Assembly: GCA_043228905.1 (NCBI GenBank)
Contig: JBHGNT010000002.1
Location: 18,166,001 to 18,230,000 of the forward strand
DNA: 64,000 nt
Direction of reading: 5' to 3'
Origin: Azolla caroliniana
Taxonomy: Eukaryota > Plantae > Polypodiophyta
The notes beneath the pieces were generated by a model. It was not told where the DNA came from. It did not search any database and was given only the letters and a program-made list of their open reading frames with translations. Positions 1-13,445 of this stretch are shown piece after piece; within the stretch, counting starts at the first letter, position 1, and each line of letters opens with the position of its first letter. Made by a program: the position numbers and the translations under genes.

Positions 1-1
1 G

Positions 2-559
2 CAATTGAGTCCTCATAATCATGCCCTCCACCTGGAAGATGAAGAAGAAGAAGAAGAAGAAGAAGAAGAGGAAAAGGATGATTATGATGGAGGCTTGGGC
101 GGTGCATCCTCCAACTCAGGAGAAGAAAATGAAGAGGTAGCAGTTTTAGAAGCAGCAGCGGAAGCAAAAGGAGATGGTGAAGAGGAAGAGAAGCTGATGA
201 CGAGCTGCACCTCCTCTCACCATGGCAACGAACGCCGCCATAGTTCTGATGCCGCGAGCACTTACACTGATGAGCTTTTGCAACTCAGGTATCATTCACT
301 CATTCATCCCTCCCCTCCGGTTGTGCTTTTTTTATCTCCCCATATGTCTTTGCTTCTGGTTTATTTTACCCACAACACTCACTTCTGTTTTTAAAAAATC
401 ATGTCCACATTTTTCTTATGCTTTTTCAAACTCTCATAACATATAAACTACTTACTGGTGACCTTTAATATGCTAACTTTTGAGAGCAGACTTAGCAGCT
501 CTTTTATTCAAGTTATAATTAATGGCGATGGAGGCAAGTTGCAAAGTACTTTGGATTAA
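2..559 (+). CDS. 3' end of MIKC MADS-box paralog A (partial: exon <2-288, final exon 490-559)
   Basis: QLSPHNHALHLEDEEE...DELLQLR aligns with exon 7 of the complete gene ([16 protein letters not shown]...NDLLQLR). Same CTCAG|GT donor (288/289) and GCAG|ACTTAGC acceptor (489/490). Final exon reads (R)LSSSFIQVIINGDGGKLQSTLD* with TAA at 557-559, matching 46695-46764. Confidence 0.85.
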
Positions 560-859
560 GACGCACCTACTATGTCAAAAGATAGTCAACGTAGAAATAG
601 AATTCATTCAGTGACGATTCATGGTTATCGTCCATCCACACAAGACCACATGCTGTAACTTGTGTTCATTTACTTAGGAAGCTTATAATAATCAAATGTA
701 TCTATATTCATTGGTATCCCTTTAATTAAAGCTTTCTTTGAAGTTGTGTTGATATTGACTTATGACATACAACAAAGATAGAAAAACTGGTTTAATTTGG
801 ATTATTGAACCTGTCAATGCTTCAATGAGCTTATTAGTATTTTCTCCTTCTCAAGCATG

Positions 860-3700
860 TTGATCAAACTTTGTTTTCTTTTACAAGAAACTAGTGGACA
901 ATCCATGGTTGAAAGTTTGTCCATCTCAACTAGAGGTTGTACAATGTTCAGTCCTACCATCACCATGGCATAGAGATGGTTCTTTTGGTCTCAGAGTATG
1001 TGCTCTTAAATCATGTATTTCCTAATGAAATTGGTGTATAAATCTCCCCATGGAGTTGAATGGAATATCACAGCTACCAGATAATGAAGGCATTGGAGAT
1101 CGTATCATTGGTCCACCTCATGAAGATAAGGATGTTCTGAAAGACACATTATCGAGAGGGTTTAGGGTTTAGGTAACTCCTTTAAATAACTCAATCTCAT
1201 CTTCTTAGTTTTGTGCCAAGGAGGCCAATATTTTGTCCCTTTCTGCTCTATTCGCCACGTGTGGTCTGTGGATGCTTTGTTTTGTTCCCCAAACATATTA
1301 ATGTAGGTCGAACAACACACTATTATCAGAAGTTTGTTAAATTCAAGTGACTAACTTTTATTTTTCAAGAGAATGCTTCTATTCATTCTTTTGTGAGGAA
1401 GATTTTGCATGTAGTAATGGTACTAGTTCCTAAATTGATGTGGTTTCTTTACTTGGCCTATATCTATTGTTGGTGCTATCAATGCCATTGGGGCTATTGG
1501 TGGAATCCAATGTTGTAACTGTTACCATCGATGTTGCTTATAGAACTAGAGTAGCTCATCCGCCGGTGGTTGAATCTTGTATCAACAAATGAATTTCTCT
1601 TTGTAGATGTAAACCTAAGAAACTCTCATTTTGTGATCCTTCCTAATTTTTGAAACTGAGATAATGACTTATTCAATGTTTTTGACTTTTATGATGTTTA
1701 GTTCATTGGGGTGTTTCCTTTGTGCTTTCAAGATCCACTCAATTTCTTCCTTGGGTTTCATTGTTAGTTCCTCAACTGTTTGCTTTTCTTGTTCCCTTGT
1801 CAACATAACCAGTTGCTTTATTTGATTCCCATCTAGGTGATCCATTTTCTAGAGGGGTGCAAACCCTTGGTTATCGGCTCACCCAAGCAAGTGGTTCTTC
1901 CATTTTCTTGGCGTCCATTTCCGTTGTTATTTGTCTTGATCCACTGTTTTGGTTGGCTCCAAAACCTGATGCCTTTTGCAGGCCATTTATCCTCTTATTT
2001 ATGATGTGGGAACAAGGTGTGAGCCATTTCAAGATCACGTGGGACTTTTTTCTACCTTCATGCATCCAGGATGGTGTTCTAAATCATCTATGATTAGGCA
2101 TCACAGTATATGAATGGTGGATTTTCCTTGTAGGATGTTGTAGAGCTAATGGCATAAGAAGCCATTATGAAAGGGAAACATGGAAATATTTGGAAACTAT
2201 AGTTAGGGTCCTCGGGTTTGATACTCTTTTTGCTTACATATCAGTGGACCATAATTGAGAACATGTACTTGTGAGTCCATGTTGAAATTGATCTCCATGC
2301 CCTAACATTAGCTAGACCATCAAATGATTACATTATCGTGGCGTTGTGAATATGACCTTGGAGGTTGATGAGTTCTACATCTTCTACTTGTTTAATCATC
2401 GAGTAGTGCAAGGCAAGGAATGGTTGCTCACACCTATTGTTTGATAGACGGGAATGACTAAACCATTAAGTTGAAGGGAAATGAGAGGAAATATGGTAAG
2501 ATAACAAAGAGAAGGGAGGCCCATATGGGATGAACAAAATAACCATTCCAATGGGTCTTCCCACAACTTGACTCGGGTTTCACGTAATCATTGTAGGTTT
2601 GTAATACTTTAGGTATTGGAGGTTATGTCATGTTTGAAATATGGAAAATGCTTTCGTATCTATTGCATTGTTCTAGTTGTATTGACATAATTGGTTAGTG
2701 AAAGGTAGAATATTATGGGTCCAAATAGATAGTCATTGATGAGGATATATATTTCCATCCTTGAGATATGCTAAAAATTCATATATTCCATCCTTGAGAG
2801 ATAGATAATATACTTATATTGATCTCCCATCCATCATGATCTCGTGGATTCTTTACAATTGTTGATTGAATTGTTCATAAATGTTAGATAATGTAGTTCC
2901 ATTTGGAATCTATTTACTTGTTCCTACAGATTCGAAGTTTTGAAGTTTTGAACAACAATTTGTCAATGGAACCTTGATTGGTTCACACCTTGGGAATCGT
3001 AGATATCCTAGCATTAAGATTATTTTTCTCTCTTGAAATTCTTGCTCATAATGCTAGCATTAGTTGATAAATGCATTTTGTAATCTTTGTACTCATTAAA
3101 ATTTGACTGTTCCCTAAATTTGCTCTTCATCTTGTTTTAATTAAGCTACTTTTTTGGTGTTGGAATGAGTCCACTTTGTTCTCTTGATTTGGATCCACAA
3201 TCTCTATATGTGATATTGTAATGAAGTAACTACTTCTATCTTGAAGACTTATCAAATATATATTGCAATGGACACCCCCATAAGAGCATCATTAATGTTG
3301 GAGCTAGCTAGAGTGATAAGGTGACCTTATGGACTTAAAAACAACTGGGTGACTAGTTATTCTTGGAAGTCATATATTTGCTATCATCATCACATTCTAT
3401 TGTTAGATGTTGCTTGGCTTCATAATGGTCACAAAGTGTCATCATTAAACATTATTAACATGAGCTTTGTTGGGAGTATTCTAATTGGTCCTTGTTAGAC
3501 TTCTAATTGCTAATAACCACAAAATACATATAAAACAATTCCATTGATACCCACAATGTGATTAGGAGGGCAACCGTTCTTAAGTAGTGTTATAGTCCAT
3601 TGTTTTATGTGTCTCTTCATCTTTAATTCCTCCCCCCCAACCTAGATAACCACCACAACCTTTCTCCTAGATCACTCCTCATACTCATCCGCTCTACTTC
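860..3700 (-). mobile_element. Possible heavily degenerate LINE remnant
   Basis: Coding-like composition on the minus strand with many stops and only weak motif hints; no intact ORF. Boundaries approximate. Confidence 0.25.
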
Positions 3701-3814
3701 CCTCCAACACACCTCTCTTATTACCCTCCTAGTCCCACTCCAAATCCTCTTGACATTTCTATGGCGAACTTGACTAACTCAATCCTCTTCATTGCCATTG
3801 GTGTGCCTAAGGTT

Positions 3815-5190
3815 GGGAGGGATCCAGGTAGGTGGAGAGAAGGGTACTGCATTCGGAAGCAATGCCGGATTCTGGCCGCTCTTACTGGAAGGCCTCTTGG
3901 GCGTGAGGCTATGGAAGGAAGAGGTGGACCGCGCGGAGAGGCAAGTCCAAGAGTCACCAGATGGAACGATTTGGTAGAGGAGAAAACTGGCTTCGTGGAA
4001 GCTACCTGTCAAAATTATGAGGTTATGGTAGAAGATAAGTGGGTCAAAAAATTCGGAGGGGCCGAACCTTCGAACCGATATGAGACCCGGAGTGGTCCAA
4101 AGAGAAATAATGGAGGTTTGATCAGCCCACTGGAGAGGACAAAGTTACTAAGCTTCTGGTTGAGCTTGAAGATAGAAAGGGCGATGGACCTCTGAAAGGT
4201 CTTGGAGGAGCGGATCCTTGACAATCACGTGGAACTCACGCTGCGAGAAGTGCTAGGGATAGCAAAGGAGTTCCACGACAGCATCATGGATTTGGTGATG
4301 AGGAAGCGACTCTCCTCGGAGCTGGAACCGGAGCATCCCGTCGAGGTGAGGTTGGCGTTGATCGATGAAGTGGTGGTAGAAGACGAATACGCCAAAAGCC
4401 ACTACATGAGACCACATTGGGCAAGGGCTCCAACGGACATGTCGGTCCAAATCGGTGATGTGCTAGAGCCTATAATAGCATTGATCGACCACAGAGCCCA
4501 GATCAACCTAATGTCGATGAACTTCTACGAGAAGGGTAAATAGCCGATCAACACCAATCATCGTTGGAAGATATGCGTTGTGACTCGCGCTACCGTAGAG
4601 CTTCATGGTGCGTGCCCGAATGTCAGAGTAAAAGTCGGGGATGTCGAGATCGACCAACGTTTCTCCGTCCAAGAGGCATCCTCCCATCCGATGATTCTCT
4701 ACAAACCTTACATTACGGCGGCTCGTCTGGAGACTAAAGTGCTAGATAACGGTTTGGCATACGTGCAAGTGAAGAGCTAGGACGGTCGGCATTTCATCCA
4801 ATTTTTGAGAGTTCGGCTCAACCACGAGCGGAATCATAATACGCTAGGCAATGATGGCCGAGGCTAAAGTGTTAGATAATGGTTCGGCATACGTGCAAGT
4901 GAAGAGCTAGGACGGTCGGCATTTCGTCCAATTTTTGGGAGTTCGGCTCAACCACGAGTGGAATCATAATACTCTAGGCAATGATGGCCGAGACTAAAGT
5001 GCTAGATAATGGTTCGGCATACGTGCGACTGAAGAACCAGGACGGTTGGCATTTCGTCCAATTTTTGACAATTCGGCTCAACCACGAGTGGATTCATAAT
5101 ACTCTAGGCAATTATGGCCGAGAGGATTTTTGAAGAGGACCATCAATGCGTGGGGCTGTGATAGTCTGGACAAACGGAAAAAACGTCAAG
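3815..5190 (+). mobile_element. Ty3/gypsy gag-protease remnant (same family as 60295-64000)
   Basis: Fragments GFWPLLLEGL, VELTLREVLGIAKEFHDS, ALIDHRAQINLMS and LHGACPNVRVKVGD match the ORFs at 61206-63113; ends in the same GAGGATTTT+stop (5122-5133). Confidence 0.9.
4731..5120 (+). repeat. Tandem triplication, 3 x 130 bp, of the protease-ORF tail
   Basis: Units start at 4731, 4861 and 4991 (AG[A/G]CTAAAGTG[C/T]TAGATAA...ATGGCCG). Confidence 0.95.
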
Positions 5191-8100
5191 TGTTAGAGAC
5201 ATGAACTAATGTAACCATTAGATAAGGATAGAATATAGATAGATAGATAGAAAGGAGAGAGAGAAAGAAGGGTGTCGATCCACCTGACCACCCTCGAGCG
5301 AAGGGATCGAGATTGACTCGAGCCTTGATCGACGTCCCATACCACCGTCGTGGCGTTGAGTCGTACCTGGTGTTGGCGTGCTCGCTACAAGAGTTGACGC
5401 ACATAAGACAGAGTCTCGACGTAGTCAACAAGATCATGAAATGAGGGTAGCTAGGCCTCTTATTTATAGTGATACCCAAGGCCCCCATGCAAGTTCACAC
5501 TTAGCCTAATGAGTTGTCTCAATCACGAGGATTAAAAGTAATCCTGCCCTTTACACTCTCGTTTAACCCGCACACTTATTGACGTGTATAGAATACTATG
5601 GTAGAGCAGACCATTAGCAATGTGGAAGTATTTTTTTGAGGATGTGGGGGTGTCTGTTCCAGACTCAACTCTTGCCTAGTATTTTGCAAAATAATTGTCA
5701 TCATGATACTTTCCTCAAAAGTGATCATAAATATCTGACGATATTTTAGTGAAGCTAAGCATGTTAACTTCACGGATGCGACTTAGTGTATCAACGACAA
5801 TGTTCATGGAACCTTTACGATATCGTATGGAAAAATCAATGTCCTGGATGAGATTAGGCCATCGTGTCGTACGACCTTTTAGGTCTTGTTGGTCACAAAA
5901 ATATTTCAAGGACTCGTGGTTTGTAGTTATCATAAATCGATTTCCATAAAGATAATGATGCCATGTTTTGAGTGCATGTATAACTTCAAATAATTGAGCA
6001 GAATCAAGTTTCTTACTCTAGAATGTTATTGGTTTATCATCTTGATATAAGACAACACCTATAGCATAATCACTTTCATTCGTTTCAACCACAACAGGTT
6101 TTAAAGGAGCCTTGCACACTAGGTTCTTGAGTTCCTTAAATGGAAGGTCTAGTGTAGCATTCTAGACAATAGGTTTTGTAGACTTACGCGTTTGACCTTG
6201 TAAAAGATCAGTAAATGGCGTCATCAATTGGGAGCAATTACGAAGGGATTTTCTCAAAAACCCGACAAAACCAAGGAATGATCAAACTTCTCAAATGTTC
6301 TGAAGAGTGGGCCAAAGCTTGATTTTCTCGATGCGAGAAAGATCAATTTCAACTCCTCATTTGATTATGAGATGTCAAACATAAGTAATTGGTTTCTTAA
6401 AGAACTCACAATTTGAGATCTTCGCATAAAACTGTTTGTCACGCAATGTTTGTAAAACAAAGCGGACATGTTTCGCATGTTCTTATAATGTACGACTATA
6501 AACTAAAATATTATCCAAGAAAATAATGACAAATTATCTAAGTTGTTCTCGTAAAATGTCATTTATTTCTTGTTCAAATGTAGTCGGAGCATTGGTCAAA
6601 CCAAAAGGCATAACTAAAAACTTATAATGGTCATAGCGCATACGAAATGTCGTTTTAGGAACATCGTCTTAACTTATATGAATTTGATCGTAGCTAGTAT
6701 AAAGGTCAAGTTTTGTAAAATACCGAGCTCCTTGTAGATGGTCAATGAGATCGTTAGCCCAGGGCAATGGATACGAATTCTTGATCGTCACTTTATTTAA
6801 GTGTCGGTAATTAATACACATACGCCATGTGCCCTCTTTCTTTTAAATCAACAGAATTGGTGCACCCCATGGAGATTTACTATAACGTATACAACCCATT
6901 TGTAAATAGTCCTTGAGTTGCTTAGATACCGAATCCTCTTAAGATCGACTTAAGCGGTAAGGAGTTACTTATTGGTGCAATGTCAGGTACAATATCTATA
7001 CGATGGTCTCTATTACGTTTAGGAGGTAACCCATATGTTAGTTTACTCGCAAAAACATCACGAAAATCATTTAAGATTTCATCAAGTTAGTGTTGTTCAA
7101 AATATATTAATTGAATCGAGATATTATCAATATTGCAAACGTGAATGTTTGGATCAAGTACACAATAAAATAGAGTAGAACAAGACAACTCGGATATTGA
7201 TGGAGAGGAAACAATCAAGACGGATTGTTTGTTTACACATTGAATTAAATGAGTACAGTCGTTCAGTACAAATTTAATTGAATGATAAACCCAATCAATA
7301 GATAAAGAAGAGTTTTTATTATAAAACTAGGGATAACCCAATATTAAATAAGTGATACAAAGATTAATTACATGGAAGTCTACTTGCTCTACATAAGGAA
7401 TGAATCGCCTCGTTGATGTATTGTACTCTTCCATTAGCCAAGTGCACTGTATAAGTGTGATCACTTACGGTGGGTTGGATTCCTTATATTTGAACGAAAT
7501 GATCATTCACAAAGTTGTGTGAGCTTCTCAAATCAAACAAAAATTGTACGGAAGATCCATTGATATACTTGTTTGCACGTAGTAAATCATTGGGACCCAA
7601 TACATAGTGAGGGAAAGAACATTAACAATTACATAAATGATGTGTATAGACTTGAAGGACATTAGGAATCTGACCTTTATGGTCTACAACTTTAGTTTTG
7701 CTGTCTTGCTCTTTCCGTTGGAGCTTTCGACATTGTTCTTTTGTATAACCCTTCTTTTTGTAGAATACACAAAAAGGATGTTGTCGCTTACAATCACGAT
7801 CCATGAATTCGTTGGGTGTCTTGCGTTTCCTAACGAATTGCGACTGCTTACTCCTGGGTGCTTCGTTGAGTTTGTTGTGGTCCTTCGAAGTGCATTGATA
7901 ACAAAGAATGATTTCAACAGCCTCTTTGAAGGATTTTGGATCCTTATCGTGCACTATCTAGTGATAGTCCGAATTGGGGAGGCCATTGACAAAACAAGTT
8001 ATTAACCAATTGTCCCCTTCTAGACCTGACTTTTGGATTTGGGTTCTAGCATGGTGGACATAGTCTTCTAGTGAGGAAAACTTCCTGCTAGAGAGGTTCA

Positions 8101-10731
8101 TTAAAGCTTGTGTTGCCTCGGTTCGAGCGGGAGGTTGTAGAAATTGGCCCTTTAAAACTATGACAATATTTGTCCAGGTATTGGGCAATTTCCCAAAGTA
8201 CGGAGCCCACGCCACCAAGCGGCGGCCTTACCCCCTAGTTCCCGGCCGACATATGCAATCTTCGTACTATTTGGCGTGGGATAGACCTCAAAATAAGACT
8301 CCCATCGGCTCAGCCACATGCAGATTACTTTTTAAGTTCTTTCCTTTTTTTCTCCCGTAAATGGCTTAACGACAAACGATGGTTCACCTTGTCACTCATC
8401 AAGTCTATTACTCTCACGTTGTAAACTAATGACACGTGCCTCAAGAGCACTTTGAGATTGCTGAAGGTCAGTCATCTATGGAGCTGTGAAACTAAGGAAT
8501 TGGGTTATTTCCGAAAAGTACATCTCAATGGACATTTGTCGAGGAGGATTTCCTTGAGTTCCTTCCGTTTGAGCGGATGACATTGGGTTGTTATTTTGAG
8601 CCATTGAATGGTTATTTTGGCAAAGAAATAGGATAAGGTCAGAAAAATAGTTGTAACATCATGTCGTGATGCAAACATATCATGGCCAAACATTAATCGA
8701 TATCATGATCTTACGTCAATACCCCTCTAGAAGTATGAGATGAGGTTCAAGTTTAGGTTACTATGGTAACACAAAGGTGTTTTAAAAACCATGGGGGTGA
8801 CAAATAAATGTCTTTCCCTTATCTCTATATCGATTTTTTTCATGGCGGCTCCCCGAGGCTCAACCATATATGTTCACGTCATGAATAGTTTATACATGAA
8901 AAAAATGTTAACAATAAACTATGTTTCGGTGCCCACATATGTGGTTTCGGCTCTTTAAGTCCTATTACGAGGACCTCGAACTTCACTTAGACCTCAAGTC
9001 TAAACATGTGTTATACTCATATGTATCAACGATATTGTATGGTCTTTGTCATATTTGAACTCGAGACCTCGAGAACAAATGCATTAAACAATTGAGCCAA
9101 CCAAGTAGGTTGCTCTTCGTGAATGTTTAATGTTTCATGCGTATAAGAGATATGCGAGGCATTTTCCCATATATGTTTTTTTAAAAGAAACATATATGTC
9201 AAGAGTCCTTATTTCCCCCTCGTTTACTACAAAATATGTTGGTACGTTACTTAACCTCAAGTTTTGTAATTACAATGGCATACACCAAAGTGCAACCTAA
9301 TGGTCAAGCCAAATGAGCCCTCTTTTCGTAGTAGGCCCACGTGGCCCATCACAGGGTTACGTCATTACGAGTGTCTCTCATACAAATGATCTCATGGTGG
9401 CATCGTATCCATGTAATGAGGGAGGGATGTTGGATGTGTGACATAGGAGCGACCTCACATGAAGTGGGTTAAGCCCTACGTACTCAACATCTTTGTGGCT
9501 ATGATTGTTTCATTACGTAATGAAATATCGAAGTGACTAACGGGGATTTCAACAAAAAATTGTTGAAAAAGGGATGGTGAAAACCCCATTCTCACAAAAA
9601 TGTGAGGACGGCCACCAAGATCCTTTTCCCGACAAGGACAAGATTCGATAAAAATTGCGTAATATCAAATATACACATATGTTTATTTATCACATATATA
9701 CGACCAAATACGTATACACGTGACCACATATGCGTATATTAAAAACATCATAACATCAAATAGCCAACATATGATGAAATCAAGACACGTAATTGAGGCA
9801 TGTAGCCTCTACGCACACGAAACATCCAAAAATAAGGGATAATCGTAATACGCAATTGAGGTATTGACCTCATACGCATACGACACCAAACACATATCAT
9901 TTAAAACAAAATCGAGGTATTAAACTCATACGCATACATAACATATGTATGTGAGCGTAATACGTAATTGAGGTATTAACCTCGTCCGTATACGACACTA
10001 ATCACAAATTAAATATATGTCAAATGAGGTATTGACCTCATACACATATGTAAACGTTTTATACAACAAATTAATTACCACTACAACATCATTGAATTAA
10101 TGAAAACAATTACATATAGACTATACACATGATTAGATGGGAGAAGAAAATATAGAAAAAAGAAGGAAAGAGTTATCGATCACCATCAATCAACAAAACA
10201 AAAGACAACAAAAGAAACATTAGCACATTAGCTCGGATACCAACTATTACATGAACTATGGCTCTGATACCAACTGTCAGAGACATGAACTAATGTAAGC
10301 ATTAGATAAGGATAGAATATAGATAAATAAATAGAAAGGGGAGAGAGAAAGAAGGGTGTCGATTCACCCGACCACCCCCGAGTGAAGGGATCGAGATGGA
10401 CTCGAGCCTCGATCGGTGTCCTATACCACCGTCGTGGTGTCGAGTCGTACCTGGTGCTGGCGCACTCGTTACAAGAGTTGACCCACCACAAGATAGAGTC
10501 TCGATGTAGTCAACAAGATGATGAAATGAGGTTAGCTAGGCCTCTTATTTATAGCGATACCCAAGGCCCCCAAGCAAGTTCACACTTGGCCTAATGGGTT
10601 GTCTCAATCCCAAGGATTAAAAGTAATCCTCCCCTTCTTTACACTCTTGTTTAACCCTCACACTTATCCACGTGTATAGAATACTACGGTAAATTCTCAC
10701 CACGGGATATTATATGGTCATGCCCGTAACA
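5191..10731 (-). mobile_element. Degenerate Ty3/gypsy LTR retrotransposon (family A), integrase region deleted
   Basis: 5' LTR 10275-10731 (TG...CA) with tRNA-Met(i) PBS TGGTATCAGAGC at 10261-10272. Truncated 3' LTR 5191-~5605. Internal gag/zinc-knuckle (7622-8218), protease, RT ([22 protein letters not shown] at ~6760-6830) and RNase H (5715-5933) remnants. Flanks TCAAG/TCAGG are a 4/5 TSD candidate. Confidence 0.88.
9790..10050. repeat. Five hairpin-containing repeats (~56-bp period) in the family A leader
   Basis: TGAGGT-attg-ACCTCA-type motifs at 9794, 9857, 9913, 9969 and 10025. Confidence 0.75.
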
Positions 10732-11089
10732 TCAGGCATGTACACTAGGTAGAAAATTTTGGCCCTCTTTTAATGGAGGTTGTACCATAACCAACATTTG
10801 TACCCGCGAGAAGAAACAGGTTGAAAAATGCTTGAAGGCATGCAGCGCCTTAGGCTCTAGAATGTTCCAAAGTAATCTGGAATATACATGAATTTTCTCT
10901 GGGAAAATAATAAATGAAAATAATATCGTTTGTGTTACAATGCATGGTTTAATGGTAAGGGTTCAACCCATGTAATACAATGTCATGGGTTCGAATCCTT
11001 TTGGAGCCATACCATGCCATATCATGACAATGTCGATTCGTCGAAGTACATCTTGACTCACCTAAACCGCTTGGGTTGAAGTGTTATGG

Positions 11090-12215
11090 CACATGTATTC
11101 CTTTTACTCAGACGAGTATCCTACGAGGATACATTTCTCCGACTTTGTGACAGGCTTTTGTTGTTTTTCATTAGGGATGAGTACATTCGCAATGCTTTTG
11201 AACACTTTGAGGTGCGATATAACTAACCTCTCTAAATTAATATTTTTCTCGCTCAAGATTTATATTCGTCATGCTAAAAGCCTAATTCAAAAATCTAGCC
11301 TTGATTGAGAGTCAAAATTTACTAGTGACTTTTGGACACAAGTATTTAAAAGGCTAGAAACTACCTTGAGAATGATCTCCATGAACCATCCTTAAGTCAA
11401 TGGACAATGTTGTTGAGGATATGCTTTGAGCATACGTTGTTGCAAAGCCAACAAAATGGGAACGTTATGTCTCAACTATGGAGTTCGCTTACGACTCAAG
11501 CATAGAACAAAGGGATATAGCCCCTCTATGGCTTTCAACCATGAGCCTCGATTGATGATATACATAATAATGAGTTGAGAAATACACAAAACTTTTTAAG
11601 GGATATCAAGATATGTTTCATATTGCATGAGATAATATAAAAACAACTCTAAGGTAGATCACATTTTTATGCCAATCATAATAGAAAACGTCATGTATTC
11701 AATCTTAGACAAAAGATATTTCTATAAGTGCCTCACGCACATTGATTTATCAGCCTATCGCCTCCCTCTTCCTAATGGTGTTGGAATCCGTCTAGTTTTC
11801 ATGTAAGTCATTTAAAAGAAATTCTTGGTTCTAGTGATTATACAATTATAATTGAAGCTCTACTTATGAGGAGGATTTAACTTCTAAACCAGATGTATCA
11901 AAGAAGATTCTCAATGTTAACACAAAACATTTTCGAGAGTTTAAAATTGAATGGATGGATAAATCTATAAAAGATGCTACTTGGGAACGCAAAACAACAT
12001 TAAAACTAACTTTCCCACCATTTCGTTGCAAGATTGCAATGTTTTAAAGAGGGGAAGTATATATGGGCATAACAATCACTTATCCTGTGGTAGTTTTACG
12101 GTACTTTTCTACACACAAGGATAAAAATTTAAGGATTAATGGAGAATGTAAAGAAGAGATGATTATTTTTAATCTTAGGGATTGAGACAACCCTTAAGGG
12201 AGGATTGTGAACTTG
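11090..12215 (+). mobile_element. Family A integrase/chromodomain remnant, PPT and partial 3' LTR (plus strand)
   Basis: Reverse-complement similarity to 12510-13445; purine tract AAAAGAGGGGAAG at ~12046-12058; 12060-12215 is the reverse complement of the right end of LTR 12216-12664. Confidence 0.8.
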
Positions 12216-13445
12216 TGTTAGAGATCTAATGTAAGCATATGATAAGGATATCATATGTATGAAAATAAGAAAGGAGAGAGAGAGAAAAGTGTGTCGATCC
12301 ACTTGATGACCCCAGAGTGAAGGGATCGAGACGGACTCGAGCCTTGATCAACGTCCCATACCATTGTTGTGGCATCGAGTTGTACCTGGTGCTGGCGCGC
12401 TCGCTACAAAAGTTGACCCACCATGAAACAGAGTCTTGACGTAGTCAAGAGATGATGAAATGAGGGTAGTTAGGCCTCATATTTATAGCGAGACCCTAGG
12501 CCCCCAGGCAAGTTCACACTTGGCCTAATGGGTTGTCTCAATCCGAGGATTAAAAGTAATCCTCCTCTTCTTTACAATCTCATTTAACCCTCATACTTAT
12601 CCATGTGTATAGAATACTATGATAAATTCTTACCACGGGATATTATATGGTCATGCCTGTAACATACTCCCCCTCTTTAAAACATTGCACTCTTGCAATG
12701 GAAAGTTAGGGAAGTTAGTTCTACGAGTATTTTTGCGTTCCCCTGTGACATCTTTGATAAATTTATCCATCCATTTAATTTTAAATTCTCGGATGATTTT
12801 AGAACACATATTTTTTGTTTTAACATCGAGAATTCTTTTTGGTACATGTGGTTTAGAAGATAATTCGTCAAAAGTAATTATAGTTTCAGTTGTAACTATA
12901 TTGTCGCTAATACCTAAAAGTTCTTTTAGACGACTTAATGGAAAAATGAATGAATTTCAATGCCATTAGGATGAGTGAGACGATAGGCTGATGAACCAAT
13001 GCATTTGAGGACTTGAAAAAGGTCCACAAAACCGTGGGGCTAACTTAGTGCACTTACTCGTAAACAATGTCTTAGAATTATGAGGTGCACGGAAAAATAC
13101 CTTCTGTCCAGGGTTGAATACATGAGGTTCCCTATTATGATCGGCATAAAAATGCGCTCTATCTTGACCTGTTTTTATATTATCTCATGCAATATGCAAC
13201 ATATCTTGTATATCTCGAAAAAAAATTGCGTACTTCGCAGCTCATCATGATGTATATTAACATCAATCGGGGCGTGTGGCTTAAAACCATACATCAACAT
13301 AAAAGAGCTATATCACGTTGATGTATGCTTGGAGCTGTTATAAGCAAACTCCAAAATTGGGAGATAATGTTCCCATTTTGTTGGTTTTGCACCAACGTAT
13401 GCTCAAAGCATGTCCTCATTAATTTGATTTACTCGTTCTGTCTAT
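12216..13445 (-). mobile_element. Family A 3' LTR (12216-12664), PPT and integrase/chromodomain remnant
   Basis: LTR TGTTAGAG...GTAACA similar to 10275-10731; adjacent TACTCCCCCTC is the PPT on the minus strand; integrase-like DMLxAYVGAKPTKWEHYLPILEFAYNSSKH near 13330-13420. Confidence 0.88.
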
